NCBI GenBank assembly: GCA_964508365.1
Contig: CAZDTP010000029.1
Coordinates: forward strand, 1 to 46,566
Reading direction: 5' to 3'
DNA length: 46,566 nt
Origin: an uncultured archaeon
GTDB lineage: Archaea > Asgardarchaeota > Lokiarchaeia > Sigyniarchaeales > SOKP01
Shown piece by piece: positions 9,371 to 17,819 of the stretch (its first letter is position 1; each line of letters starts with the position of its first letter). The translations under genes and the position numbers were made by a program. Under the pieces are notes generated by a model that searched no databases, had not been told where the DNA came from, and worked only from the letters and a program-made list of their open reading frames with translations.

Positions 9371-9400
9371 TACCCCAGCGATAAGAGCGTTCTTACGCTT
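9371..9400 (-). other. tRNA intron 3 (30 nt, variable region, position 45/46)
   Basis: BHB motif: helix CCCU/GGGG, bulges AGA and UAA, inner stems AGCG/CGCU and AAGA/UCUU. Confidence 0.85.
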
Positions 9401-9413
9401 CTAGGGATTCACA

Positions 9414-9443
9414 TAGGAGAATTTAGTAAGGAATACTAAGTTT
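9414..9443 (-). other. tRNA intron 2 (30 nt, anticodon loop, position 32/33)
   Basis: BHB motif: helix GGGG/CUCC, bulges ACA and UAU, inner stem AAcUUAGUA/UACUAAaUU. Confidence 0.88.
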
Positions 9444-9460
9444 GTCCCCAATACTAACCA

Positions 9461-9492
9461 TTATACAGCCTTAGAGCTATTTTCCGGGGCTT
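9461..9492 (-). other. tRNA intron 1 (32 nt, D-loop, position 15/16)
   Basis: BHB motif: helix GUAU/GUAU, bulges AGA and AAU, inner stem AGCC/GGCU. Confidence 0.85.
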
Positions 9493-9533
9493 CTATACGA
9501 ACCGGGCCATTGTAAAGTTATTAACAGTAACAA

Positions 9534-9550
9534 TTATAATTTAATCTTCT
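9534..9550 (-). promoter_or_regulatory. Candidate BRE/TATA promoter of tRNA-His
   Basis: The minus strand reads AGAAGAT-TAAATTATAA, ending 26 nt upstream of G-1. The context is AT-rich, so specificity is low. Confidence 0.4.
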
Positions 9551-9580
9551 AAAAAAATTTTATGCGTTTTAATAAATTTC

Positions 9581-10195
9581 TTATGTTTTAACCACTCTTA
9601 TTAAATAATTTAGGAATTGATCGATAGCAATTTCTAATTCTCCGGAATTATCAACGACAAAGTCCGCGTCGGGAAAAGTTTGGTTATCCTTTGCTCTTTG
9701 GATTCTATCTTGTAATTGTTTTCCGCTCTCTCGGGCTCTTTCTTTTATTCTCTGCAAAGTTATTTCGAAAGGTACTTTGATAAAAACAACTAAAATATTA
9801 CGGTAAATGCTACGAGCTTTTTTCACAATTGTTCGGCTAACATTTACGATTACGGGGTGTCCTTTTTTTAACCAATCGTCAATTTCTATTGGAACACCAT
9901 AATCTAAATCGTAAATGTGCCACTCAAGAGCAAATTTATTCTGAAGAGACATTCCTTTAAATATTTTTGGAGTTATTGCGATATTATCCTCTGTTTCTGA
10001 AGATGGTCTTGTAATATATCGCTGAGTGAGATGAATTTCTTTTAAATTAGATGGAAATCTTTTAACTACTTCAGAAATTAATGAATCTTTACCTGAACCT
10101 GAATTACCTACAACTAATACTAATATACCAGGAAAATTTTTTATCATTAGCTCTCCCATCTTCAAAATTTTACTACTTAAAAAAGATTTACTCAA
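9581..10195 (-). CDS. phnN: PhnN-like ribose 1,5-bisphosphate phosphokinase / guanylate kinase-like protein
   Basis: GNSGSGKDSL P-loop, RYITRP, FALEWHIYDLDYGVP, VIVNVSR and DNSGELE match PhnN. The real start may be a downstream ATG. Confidence 0.75.
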   Translation of the reverse strand: MSKSFLSSKILKMGELMIKNFPGILVLVVGNSGSGKDSLISEVVKRFPSNLKEIHLTQRYITRPSSETEDNIAITPKIFKGMSLQNKFALEWHIYDLDYGVPIEIDDWLKKGHPVIVNVSRTIVKKARSIYRNILVVFIKVPFEITLQRIKERARESGKQLQDRIQRAKDNQTFPDADFVVDNSGELEIAIDQFLNYLIRVVKT

Positions 10196-10356
10196 TATAA
10201 TATTTTTTTCAAACCTTAGTTAAAATATCTCATGATAAATAATTGATTAAAATTTCATGTATTTATTAATGAAAAATAAATAAATTTTTAAGAATGATCA
10301 ATGTTATGAATCTTGGTAAGGAAAAAATAATAATGATTAATCACAATTAGAAAACG

Positions 10357-10779
10357 ATGAGTAATAAAGATAGTGGAATTTCAGAGATTTCGGAAATACC
10401 AGAGAGTTATCAAAGATATCTAGATATAATCTATAATATTTCAAAGAAAAAAAAGGGAGGTTGGGTAACTAATAAAGAGATAGCAGAGAATCTGCAGGTC
10501 GAACCTGCTTCAGTTTCTGGAATGTTAGATAAGTTAAAAAAAAATAACTTAATAAAATGGGAACCTAGGAAATCAATTAGACTTACAGATAAAGGAAAAG
10601 AATATGCGCTTCAACTGGAAGAAACTCACACACTACTTCGGATTTTCTTTAAAGAAATCCTAAATTTAAGCGATAATGAACTCATAGAGAAGATATCATG
10701 TGATATTGAGCATCATATAACTTATGAAGTTAAAGAATCTTTTCGTAGTTTTATTATGAAATATCATGATCAGATTTAA
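10357..10779 (+). CDS. DtxR/MntR family metal-dependent transcriptional regulator
   Basis: ESYQRYLDIIY, IAENLQVEPASVSGMLDKL (HTH), LTDKG and CDIEH. Confidence 0.88.
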   Translation: MSNKDSGISEISEIPESYQRYLDIIYNISKKKKGGWVTNKEIAENLQVEPASVSGMLDKLKKNNLIKWEPRKSIRLTDKGKEYALQLEETHTLLRIFFKEILNLSDNELIEKISCDIEHHITYEVKESFRSFIMKYHDQI

Positions 10780-10828
10780 TTATAATTAATTCTTTAAAGA
10801 AATATTATATATTTTAGATGATCCGACT

Positions 10829-11581
10829 ATGTCCGAAGAGTTAATTAATAAAATTAAAATCGTTGAAGAATTTTTTAATGGTTTTTCTAATTTTATCGAA
10901 CTTGAAAATTTCAGATCATTTCTTTTATTAACTTTAACGAACCAAGTTCCAATGAATATTATGGCTCAACTTGGTCTTGGTGGGGATAAAAGTATTATAA
11001 ATCTGCCATATAACCCTGTTTTCAATATATATTACCAAAAAATCAATCTATTATCATCAAGTTCCATAGTATTATATACTAAGTCTGATCCAATAACGAA
11101 GGAATTTGTTTTAGAGAACAAAGACGACACCTTTAAGAAATTTTTAAGTTTAAATGAAATAGAACTCGCCTTTAGAGGAAAGGAGAAATTTATTTTTCCA
11201 AAAATTAGCGATTGTAGCATCTTAGAAGATTCTTACCTTAACATTAAAGTTGATGATCTGTTTCACAATTTAGAATCGTTTATTTCTTACGCACAACCAA
11301 ACATTTTATTTGTTTTTGATGCTAAAACCGCTTCAAAACCAGATTTACTGTTCACTTTTAATATGACACCTCAGTTTCCTAAAAAGTTAGATGAAAATGT
11401 GTTACAGATTGATGTATATTTGGATTACGAGCATATAACAAAAGATATAAACTATTTGAAGCGGGAAGCAGATTATAGTCTAACTTATTTAAAAGATATC
11501 AAAGAGATGAGTCATGCAGAGCTATATAAATCCTCGTTTTCACTAGTGTTACACATTAAATCCATTAATAAACCATTCTGA
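10829..11581 (+). CDS. Hypothetical protein
   Basis: A 250-aa open frame co-oriented with the DtxR gene; no recognisable motif. Confidence 0.65.
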   Translation: MSEELINKIKIVEEFFNGFSNFIELENFRSFLLLTLTNQVPMNIMAQLGLGGDKSIINLPYNPVFNIYYQKINLLSSSSIVLYTKSDPITKEFVLENKDDTFKKFLSLNEIELAFRGKEKFIFPKISDCSILEDSYLNIKVDDLFHNLESFISYAQPNILFVFDAKTASKPDLLFTFNMTPQFPKKLDENVLQIDVYLDYEHITKDINYLKREADYSLTYLKDIKEMSHAELYKSSFSLVLHIKSINKPF

Positions 11582-11628
11582 TCTTATTGTTTTTCAAGTA
11601 TTAAGGTACTAATATATATTCGTCATTA

Positions 11629-11661
11629 ATTAAGCGCTTAATACCATCAAAGCGTTAATAC
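11629..11661. promoter_or_regulatory. Perfect 14-bp palindrome ATTAAGCGCTTAAT followed by a degenerate direct copy (AAGCG-TTAATAC)
   Basis: The palindrome is at 11629-11642. AAGCGCTTAATAC (11632-11644) recurs as AAGCGTTAATAC ending at 11661, about 90 nt upstream of the RHH gene. Confidence 0.4.
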
Positions 11662-11744
11662 TCTTTATTTATAAATGATCCGACGAAATATGAATCATAT
11701 ATAAACATTAAAAGCAGCATTTTTTATAATTTTTAAACAAAGGG

Positions 11745-11957
11745 TTGAGAAACATGAAAATTATAACTATAAACCTACCTGAAAAATATCTAGAAGCAAT
11801 TCAAACTCTAAATGATTTAGGAGTATATCCGAGTCGAAGCGAGGCAATAAGAACCGCATTAGGCGAATTCTTGCATGATGAACTTAAAATGTTCGAAAAT
11901 TTAGAGGACGATACTTTTAAAATGCTTGTTAGGAGCAATCAAAAAAACAGGTCATAA
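11745..11957 (+). CDS. Ribbon-helix-helix (CopG/Arc/MetJ/NikR-like) transcriptional regulator; likely start ATG 11754
   Basis: MKIITINLPEKYLEAI...YPSRSEAIRTAL. Confidence 0.85.
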   Translation: MRNMKIITINLPEKYLEAIQTLNDLGVYPSRSEAIRTALGEFLHDELKMFENLEDDTFKMLVRSNQKNRS

Positions 11958-11983
11958 TTTTTTTTTTTATTTCAAAATCTATG

Positions 11984-12448
11984 TTAATCGACATTAACAG
12001 GCACTTTGCATTTGTTGCACCTTTTTGCACCACGAAATAGTTGATTTCCACAATCTGGGCAACGATATCTATTCATTTCTGCTTCAACATACTTCTCGGT
12101 TCCGTGTTGACGCCAAAATGGAACTGATCGAAGAATGACTTTTTTCCCAACAGGGATGGGAAAGTTATCAATATACTTACATGGAAATTCATCACATTGG
12201 TAACAACCTTTAATATTTTTATCTTTACAGCATTTTTTAATAGCGCACGCTTGGCAAACCGGGAAAACAGTACCCTCTGAAAGACAACCTGTGCAAGCTA
12301 TATCATCTACAGTTTTTGCAAATGCTTTATATACTGGTAATAATTTCTCTTTAAACTTCAAATTATTATTTTCATGCGCAATATAGATTGAACACACCCC
12401 ACACCATAAGCCGCAAGGAGCTAACAATTCCTTTTTTACTTCAACCAT
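11984..12448 (-). CDS. DUF3795-type Cys-rich protein with C-terminal zinc ribbon
   Basis: APCGLWCGVC, CTGC, CAIKKCC, GCYQCDEFPC, CPDCG and CNKC. Confidence 0.8.
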   Translation of the reverse strand: MVEVKKELLAPCGLWCGVCSIYIAHENNNLKFKEKLLPVYKAFAKTVDDIACTGCLSEGTVFPVCQACAIKKCCKDKNIKGCYQCDEFPCKYIDNFPIPVGKKVILRSVPFWRQHGTEKYVEAEMNRYRCPDCGNQLFRGAKRCNKCKVPVNVD

Positions 12449-12591
12449 TATTTATCACATCTAAATATTATTTAAAACTTATTTTCTCGATTTTAATAAC
12501 GATATATAGTATATTAATTTTAGATAATGAATTATATTAAGACATAACTTATTAACAATAAAATAAAACATAGGTATAATTAAACTCAATC

Positions 12592-13638
12592 ATGAAAGTT
12601 GCACGATATTATAACAATAACGATGTGAGACTTGATGAAATACCTAAACCAACGATTGGTCCAGGAGAATTATTGGTGAAAGTTAAAAAGTCTGGAATTT
12701 GTGGCTCGGATGTCTTAGAGTATTATAGATTTGCTAAAATGAAAAAATTAGGGGTAGATAATTTGATTCTTGGACACGAGATCGCCGGTGATATCGTTGA
12801 AGTGGGAGAGGGTATTAAAGGTTATAAAATTGGAGATAGAGTTTTCGTTTCACATCATGTACCATGCTTCGATTGCTATTATTGTAAACAAGGACATCAC
12901 ACAGCATGTGATCTTCTTCATAATACTAATTATGATCCTGGGGGTTTTGCCGAATACATTAGAATACCTAAAATAAACATTGAAAAAAAAGGCGTTTTTG
13001 TGTTAGATAAGTCTGTTACCTATGAAGATGGAGTATTTATTGAACCGTTTGGCTGTGTTTGTAGAGCGCAAAGATTAGCAAATGTAGGAAAAGGATTAAC
13101 CGTCCTAATATTAGGAAGTGGAGTATCCGGAATCTTACATGCTAAATTAGCAAAACTTAGAGGAGCAAAAAAAGTCTTTGCAACCGATATAAACGATTAT
13201 AGATTGAGGAAAATCCAAGATTTTGGAGTGGATGAAATTTTTCACGCAAGCGAGGATATCCCTTCGAAACTTCTGGAAATTAATGATAATAAATTAGCTG
13301 ACATTGTTATTGTATGCACAGGGGCTTTATCGGCAGCGAATCAAGCTTTAAATTGTGTAGCACCGGGAGGTACAGTGATATTCTTTGCAGTCCCAGGACC
13401 TGGTGTTAATTTAGAAGTTCCTATAAACGATTATTGGAGGAATGAAATAACAATCACGACTTCATACGGCGCTGCACCTGAAGATCTCCAAGAGTCATAT
13501 GTGTGGATATTATCAAAAAAGATCAATGTTACAGAGCTAATAACTCATCGATTTCCTCTAAATCAAGTAGGAGATGCATTCAAAATTGTTACTGAGGCTA
13601 CTGAGTCTCTTAAGGTTGTTATCGAACCTGATAAATGA
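12592..13638 (+). CDS. Zinc-dependent medium-chain dehydrogenase (sorbitol/threonine dehydrogenase-like)
   Basis: GICGSD, GHE, structural Zn site CFDCYYCKQGHHTAC, EPFGC and Rossmann GSGVSG. Confidence 0.92.
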   Translation: MKVARYYNNNDVRLDEIPKPTIGPGELLVKVKKSGICGSDVLEYYRFAKMKKLGVDNLILGHEIAGDIVEVGEGIKGYKIGDRVFVSHHVPCFDCYYCKQGHHTACDLLHNTNYDPGGFAEYIRIPKINIEKKGVFVLDKSVTYEDGVFIEPFGCVCRAQRLANVGKGLTVLILGSGVSGILHAKLAKLRGAKKVFATDINDYRLRKIQDFGVDEIFHASEDIPSKLLEINDNKLADIVIVCTGALSAANQALNCVAPGGTVIFFAVPGPGVNLEVPINDYWRNEITITTSYGAAPEDLQESYVWILSKKINVTELITHRFPLNQVGDAFKIVTEATESLKVVIEPDK

Positions 13639-13653
13639 GTACTAACTAAATTA

Positions 13654-14613
13654 CTAATTAAGGAATTCACTTCGTTCAATATGCTTACGAATTATCCCAG
13701 ATTCCCAAAAATTATAAATTTCTAATAAATAACCTTCCATTTTCCTCTTTGGAAAGAAAATGTCTAGATTAAGTAAATAATTTATCGTATCCATAGATAT
13801 ATTTGTCAAGTTATGAGCCTTGATTGCATTATCAACAAGTTCTTGATTTTTCGCGATTTTTTCTCTCATGTAAATAAATGGAGTTTTATCAGGGCTTTTT
13901 ACAATATAAGAATGGCTAGATGTTAAAAAATTTGCCCGCTCTAGGAAAATTAACTCAGCTTGCGTAATATCTATTAGATACTGTTCAATTGAACATTCTT
14001 TAAATCCATACCATGGACCAAATCCATCTTTTTCAGGCCTTACTTTATCAAATCCTAGGCAGCTTATGTGAAATAGTCGTTCTTCTGGAATTAAAAAGCC
14101 AACATGAGCTCTGGAATGACCTAATAAGGGAATCGTTTCAATTGTAAGGTCTTCAAATTTAAAGATAAGACCCGGTTTGAAGGGGGTGACCTCTTGACAT
14201 TCTTTATAACCATTTTTTTTCGCAAACTTATTTATAACTGAAAAATCTATTTCTTCAAAAAAACCAAATCCTTGATAAAAATTGCGGAGATCTAATAAAT
14301 GTGCGTGTTCTGGAAAAGGAGCGTGAATTTTAGCTCCAAGTGTCTCCCACTGATGGACATGTGCTATATGGTCCATATGTCCATGTGAGCATATATAGTT
14401 TGTAAAAGGACCATAAATATCGTCCAATTTATCTATAAGATGAGGTTCGATATTTAAATCTAACACAATAGAACTATGATTTCTCCTTTTTTTCGGTAAA
14501 ATAATAATACCGTCACTACAGGAGAAATAAAACGGAGGTTTTTTCTGATGAACAAATAATATATCTTCTGTTAACTTCCTAATCTCTAAATTATCTATTT
14601 TTGAAATAGTCAT
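13654..14613 (-). CDS. Metallo-beta-lactamase fold hydrolase
   Basis: SHGHMDHIAH motif and GHSRAH. Confidence 0.85.
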   Translation of the reverse strand: MTISKIDNLEIRKLTEDILFVHQKKPPFYFSCSDGIIILPKKRRNHSSIVLDLNIEPHLIDKLDDIYGPFTNYICSHGHMDHIAHVHQWETLGAKIHAPFPEHAHLLDLRNFYQGFGFFEEIDFSVINKFAKKNGYKECQEVTPFKPGLIFKFEDLTIETIPLLGHSRAHVGFLIPEERLFHISCLGFDKVRPEKDGFGPWYGFKECSIEQYLIDITQAELIFLERANFLTSSHSYIVKSPDKTPFIYMREKIAKNQELVDNAIKAHNLTNISMDTINYLLNLDIFFPKRKMEGYLLEIYNFWESGIIRKHIERSEFLN

Positions 14614-14652
14614 TGAATAAAAAAAAAGATATTGTCTAATTAAATTAAATAA

Positions 14653-15435
14653 TTATAAGCCTATTGGACCATCCTGATAAATGCCATAAGCCTCATCCAC
14701 AGAGGCATTCTCGTGGACTATTGCTCTCACTGCTTTAATCATTCCGATAGGCTTATCTGATTGGAAAATATTCCTTCCCATATCAACCCCTACGGCTCCC
14801 GCATTGATGGCGTTTTTAGCCATTTGCAAGGCATCTTTTTCAGGTAATTTTTTCCCACCAGCAATAACAACTGGTACGGGACAAATGCTCGTAACATTTT
14901 CAAATTCATCGCAATAATATGTCTTTACAAAAGTAGCTCCTAACTCGGCAGCCATTCTACTTGCCATACCCAAATATCGGTAATCTCTTACCATTTCCCT
15001 ACCAACCGCAGTGACTGCTAATGCTGGGATGCCATATTCTTGCCCCCAATTTACTAATTTCGATAAATTCATTAAGCTCTGTTTTTCGAATTCACCTCCT
15101 ACGAAAATTGAGCAAGTTATGGCTGATACATTTAATCTGATAGCCTCTTCAATGGTAACAGTAATTTCTTCGTTTGATAGCTCCTTCAGCATACTAGCTC
15201 CCGCTGATACTCTTAGAACAATTGGAATGTCGAAATCGGCAGAAACACAACTTCTCAGCATCCCTCTGGTTAACATTAACGCGTCAGCATATTGAAATAA
15301 AGGGTTCAAATCTCCAAAACACTTAAGAGACCCCGGAATATTACCAAAGTATCCATGATCGACAGCAAGCATCACACATCGTCCAGACTTAGGTTTGATT
15401 ATTCTTGCTAATCGATTTTGCATTCCCCAATCCAT
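14653..15435 (-). CDS. lsrF: LsrF-like class I aldolase / 3-hydroxy-5-phosphonooxypentane-2,4-dione thiolase
   Basis: MDWGMQNRLARI, LAVDHGYF, ELGATFVKTYY, PVVIAGGKK and GVDMGRNIFQSD. Confidence 0.88.
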   Translation of the reverse strand: MDWGMQNRLARIIKPKSGRCVMLAVDHGYFGNIPGSLKCFGDLNPLFQYADALMLTRGMLRSCVSADFDIPIVLRVSAGASMLKELSNEEITVTIEEAIRLNVSAITCSIFVGGEFEKQSLMNLSKLVNWGQEYGIPALAVTAVGREMVRDYRYLGMASRMAAELGATFVKTYYCDEFENVTSICPVPVVIAGGKKLPEKDALQMAKNAINAGAVGVDMGRNIFQSDKPIGMIKAVRAIVHENASVDEAYGIYQDGPIGL

Positions 15436-15597
15436 ATATTCTTCACTTCAAATAATTATTAATAAATTTGTGGTATTGTTTAGTTATTGAAATAATTAAT
15501 TCATTATCTTTTTTGTACTTTACCTAATTAGGCTAAGATCTTAAAAGTAATTTTTCAGGTTTTTTAATCCTAAATTTCTTATTAGTGATGATTTTTA

Positions 15598-16434
15598 TTA
15601 ATTTTTAATCTTACTACCTACTTCCTTTGAGATCCTTCTGTTTATGAATTCTTTTATTAATAGGATTCGCTTTTTATTAACCGTAGATAAAATCAGTTTC
15701 TCTTTCAGCTTCGTAATTAATTCCTTTTCTTTAATGCTCTTAACATCTTCCAAAAGTTTTTGTGCTAATTCTACATCACTAATAAATTGGTTGATATATT
15801 GAGCTAAGTATTTTAATTGCTCACTTTTGTCCTTTTTACCTAGAGCATTGCTTAAAATTGACTTCTCAAAATCAATTTTTATCTGCCAAGGTACTTGAAT
15901 GACTAATTTTCGATTATTTATTAAAAATGCGTTAGAGTGTGTTTTTATCATATTTGTGTAAAAATTATTAGGATTAGGAAATATAAAAGAGTCAAATTCT
16001 TCGTCCTTGATAGCATTTGAATTTCGATATTTCGGTGGAATTAACCTATCAATCAATTGATTTAATTGCTCGATGTCTAGGGCAAATTCTTCGTTTCTTA
16101 TAACAAAAGAAGGGTAATCGAACAATTTAGCATGTATCAAACCAGCAACACAATTTAATCCAAATGCATCTATAAGTTCGTCTAAAGTCAGATCAATTAA
16201 ATCTCCAGGTAGCTTTTCTTTTTGGTCTAATGACACAGAAGTGTCTATTATCTCATATCCAATTATTTGCCCTTTAGTTGAGATAAAAACTATAAAATTG
16301 TGATCTTTACATACCGCACCCTTAGGTACTTTAATCTTGACAGTTCCAAACTTTTTTTGGAGGAACAATGAAGCCGGAACAGAAATTTCTTTCCTACTTC
16401 CACATTTTGGGCAAGAAATGTCAAATTGCTTCAA
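15598..16434 (-). CDS. Hypothetical protein with N-terminal zinc-finger-like domain (TTG start)
   Basis: ISCPKCG...VCKDHNF gives a CxxC...CxxH-type metal site; the rest is helical. Confidence 0.7.
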   Translation of the reverse strand: MKQFDISCPKCGSRKEISVPASLFLQKKFGTVKIKVPKGAVCKDHNFIVFISTKGQIIGYEIIDTSVSLDQKEKLPGDLIDLTLDELIDAFGLNCVAGLIHAKLFDYPSFVIRNEEFALDIEQLNQLIDRLIPPKYRNSNAIKDEEFDSFIFPNPNNFYTNMIKTHSNAFLINNRKLVIQVPWQIKIDFEKSILSNALGKKDKSEQLKYLAQYINQFISDVELAQKLLEDVKSIKEKELITKLKEKLILSTVNKKRILLIKEFINRRISKEVGSKIKN

Positions 16435-16687
16435 TCATGTGCCCTCCAATATCTATATAAAACCATTTTGTGATGCTATATCAATTATTAAATTACTTAA
16501 TTCTAATTTAATTACGTGTGATATATTCATATTTTTTTTACAAAAATACTAAAAAAGTTCTCATTAAAAAATTTAAACATTTACAAAAAATATTTATATA
16601 TTAGGAATAAAATTAACCTTATTCTTATTTAGTTGTAAGTTTAATGTAGTGAATAGATAAGCAATAACCGAATTGTAGTGAATTTTT

Positions 16688-16912
16688 TTGAAAAAAATTG
16701 TCATTGATAATATTTTATGCATTAAATGTAGAGATTGCGTAGAAGCATGCCCTGAAAACCTATTTTTTTCTCCTCCTACTCCCATAGGCGAAAAGCGTAA
16801 GGTGCTTTTCATTGATCCAAACGATAATTGTACAGGTTGTGGATTATGCATCGATGTCTGTCCTACCAATGCACTTGAGCTCAAATACAAGAACTATACA
16901 AATTCCTATTAA
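16688..16912 (+). CDS. 2x[4Fe-4S] ferredoxin
   Basis: CIKCRDCVEACP and CTGCGLCIDVCP. Confidence 0.92.
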   Translation: MKKIVIDNILCIKCRDCVEACPENLFFSPPTPIGEKRKVLFIDPNDNCTGCGLCIDVCPTNALELKYKNYTNSY

Positions 16913-16934
16913 ACGCTTCTAAATTTCATTACTA

Positions 16935-17660
16935 TTAGTTGGTTGAAGAGTTCAAAAGGTCGTCAAACAGGCTCATCCATTCTGAAAAAGCTACTACATA
17001 ATCGAAACCGCAAATTTTTTGGTAATGTCTATTATCAAGTAATTTTATAATTAATTTTCCTCCTTCAATCGTTTTTCCGTGAGGACCATAGGGATTAAAT
17101 TTCATTTTACCTTCCGAGATAGATACATAATCACAAACGAAAACTACGTCTTCGTAAGTATAAAAAGTAAATCCGGGTGTATGACCGTCAATATGAAAAG
17201 CCTTAATTCCTGATAATTGAAAATCTGTATCAAACTTTTTATCAAATGTGTGCTTTTGAGACATTATATGTTTTGAATCCTCAATGTGAATCCAAACAAA
17301 AGCTGTATTATAACTTCGATATAGGTTTGACGCTCCAAGAAAGTGGTGATGCGTAAATATGATTTTATCCATTTTTTCTAAAGTACTATCAAATGTAGAA
17401 GGGCAATCTATCCAGATGGTCTGATCTTCTGTTTTTATACTATAGGCTGTGTGTTCTAAGCCTAAAGGTGGTGTAGAATTCAGCCGTTTAACTTTATTAG
17501 TTACTTTCGTTTCTAAAACTTTATAATTTTCGGTACAATTCTCTGCTGTTATGAAATTTACATTTAAAGCACTGCAGAAAGGACATCGTTCTGGAAAATG
17601 CCCTATAATATTAAAATCACATACTTTACATACATATTGTTCCTTTTCAAATAAATTCAT
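16935..17660 (-). CDS. Rubredoxin-like domain fused to a metallo-beta-lactamase-like domain
   Basis: YVCKVCDF...CPFC (rubrerythrin-type metal knuckle), then IFTHHHFLG, GHTPG and VCD. Confidence 0.75.
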   Translation of the reverse strand: MNLFEKEQYVCKVCDFNIIGHFPERCPFCSALNVNFITAENCTENYKVLETKVTNKVKRLNSTPPLGLEHTAYSIKTEDQTIWIDCPSTFDSTLEKMDKIIFTHHHFLGASNLYRSYNTAFVWIHIEDSKHIMSQKHTFDKKFDTDFQLSGIKAFHIDGHTPGFTFYTYEDVVFVCDYVSISEGKMKFNPYGPHGKTIEGGKLIIKLLDNRHYQKICGFDYVVAFSEWMSLFDDLLNSSTN

Positions 17661-17819
17661 TAACTACACCACTAAAAGAAAAAAAAAAACGGACAGTTCA
17701 GTAAACAAAAAAATATTATGATTTTTAACTCACTAAATCAATTATTTTATAAGAAATATTGATATATATTTTATAACATAATACCCGAACATAACTATTT
17801 TCACGATTCAGAACGCGAG

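Larger units (their letters stand above)
9344..9508 (-). tRNA. tRNA-His(GUG) with genomic G-1 and three introns; CCA not encoded
   Basis: Exons 9508-9493, 9460-9444, 9413-9401 and 9370-9344 join to a 73-nt cloverleaf: G GCCCGGU UC GUAU AGUGGUUA GUAU U GGGGA CU-GUG-AA UCCCU AGAG GCGAG UUCAAUU CUCGC AUCGGGC C. The G-1:C73 pair is the His identity element. Confidence 0.92.
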
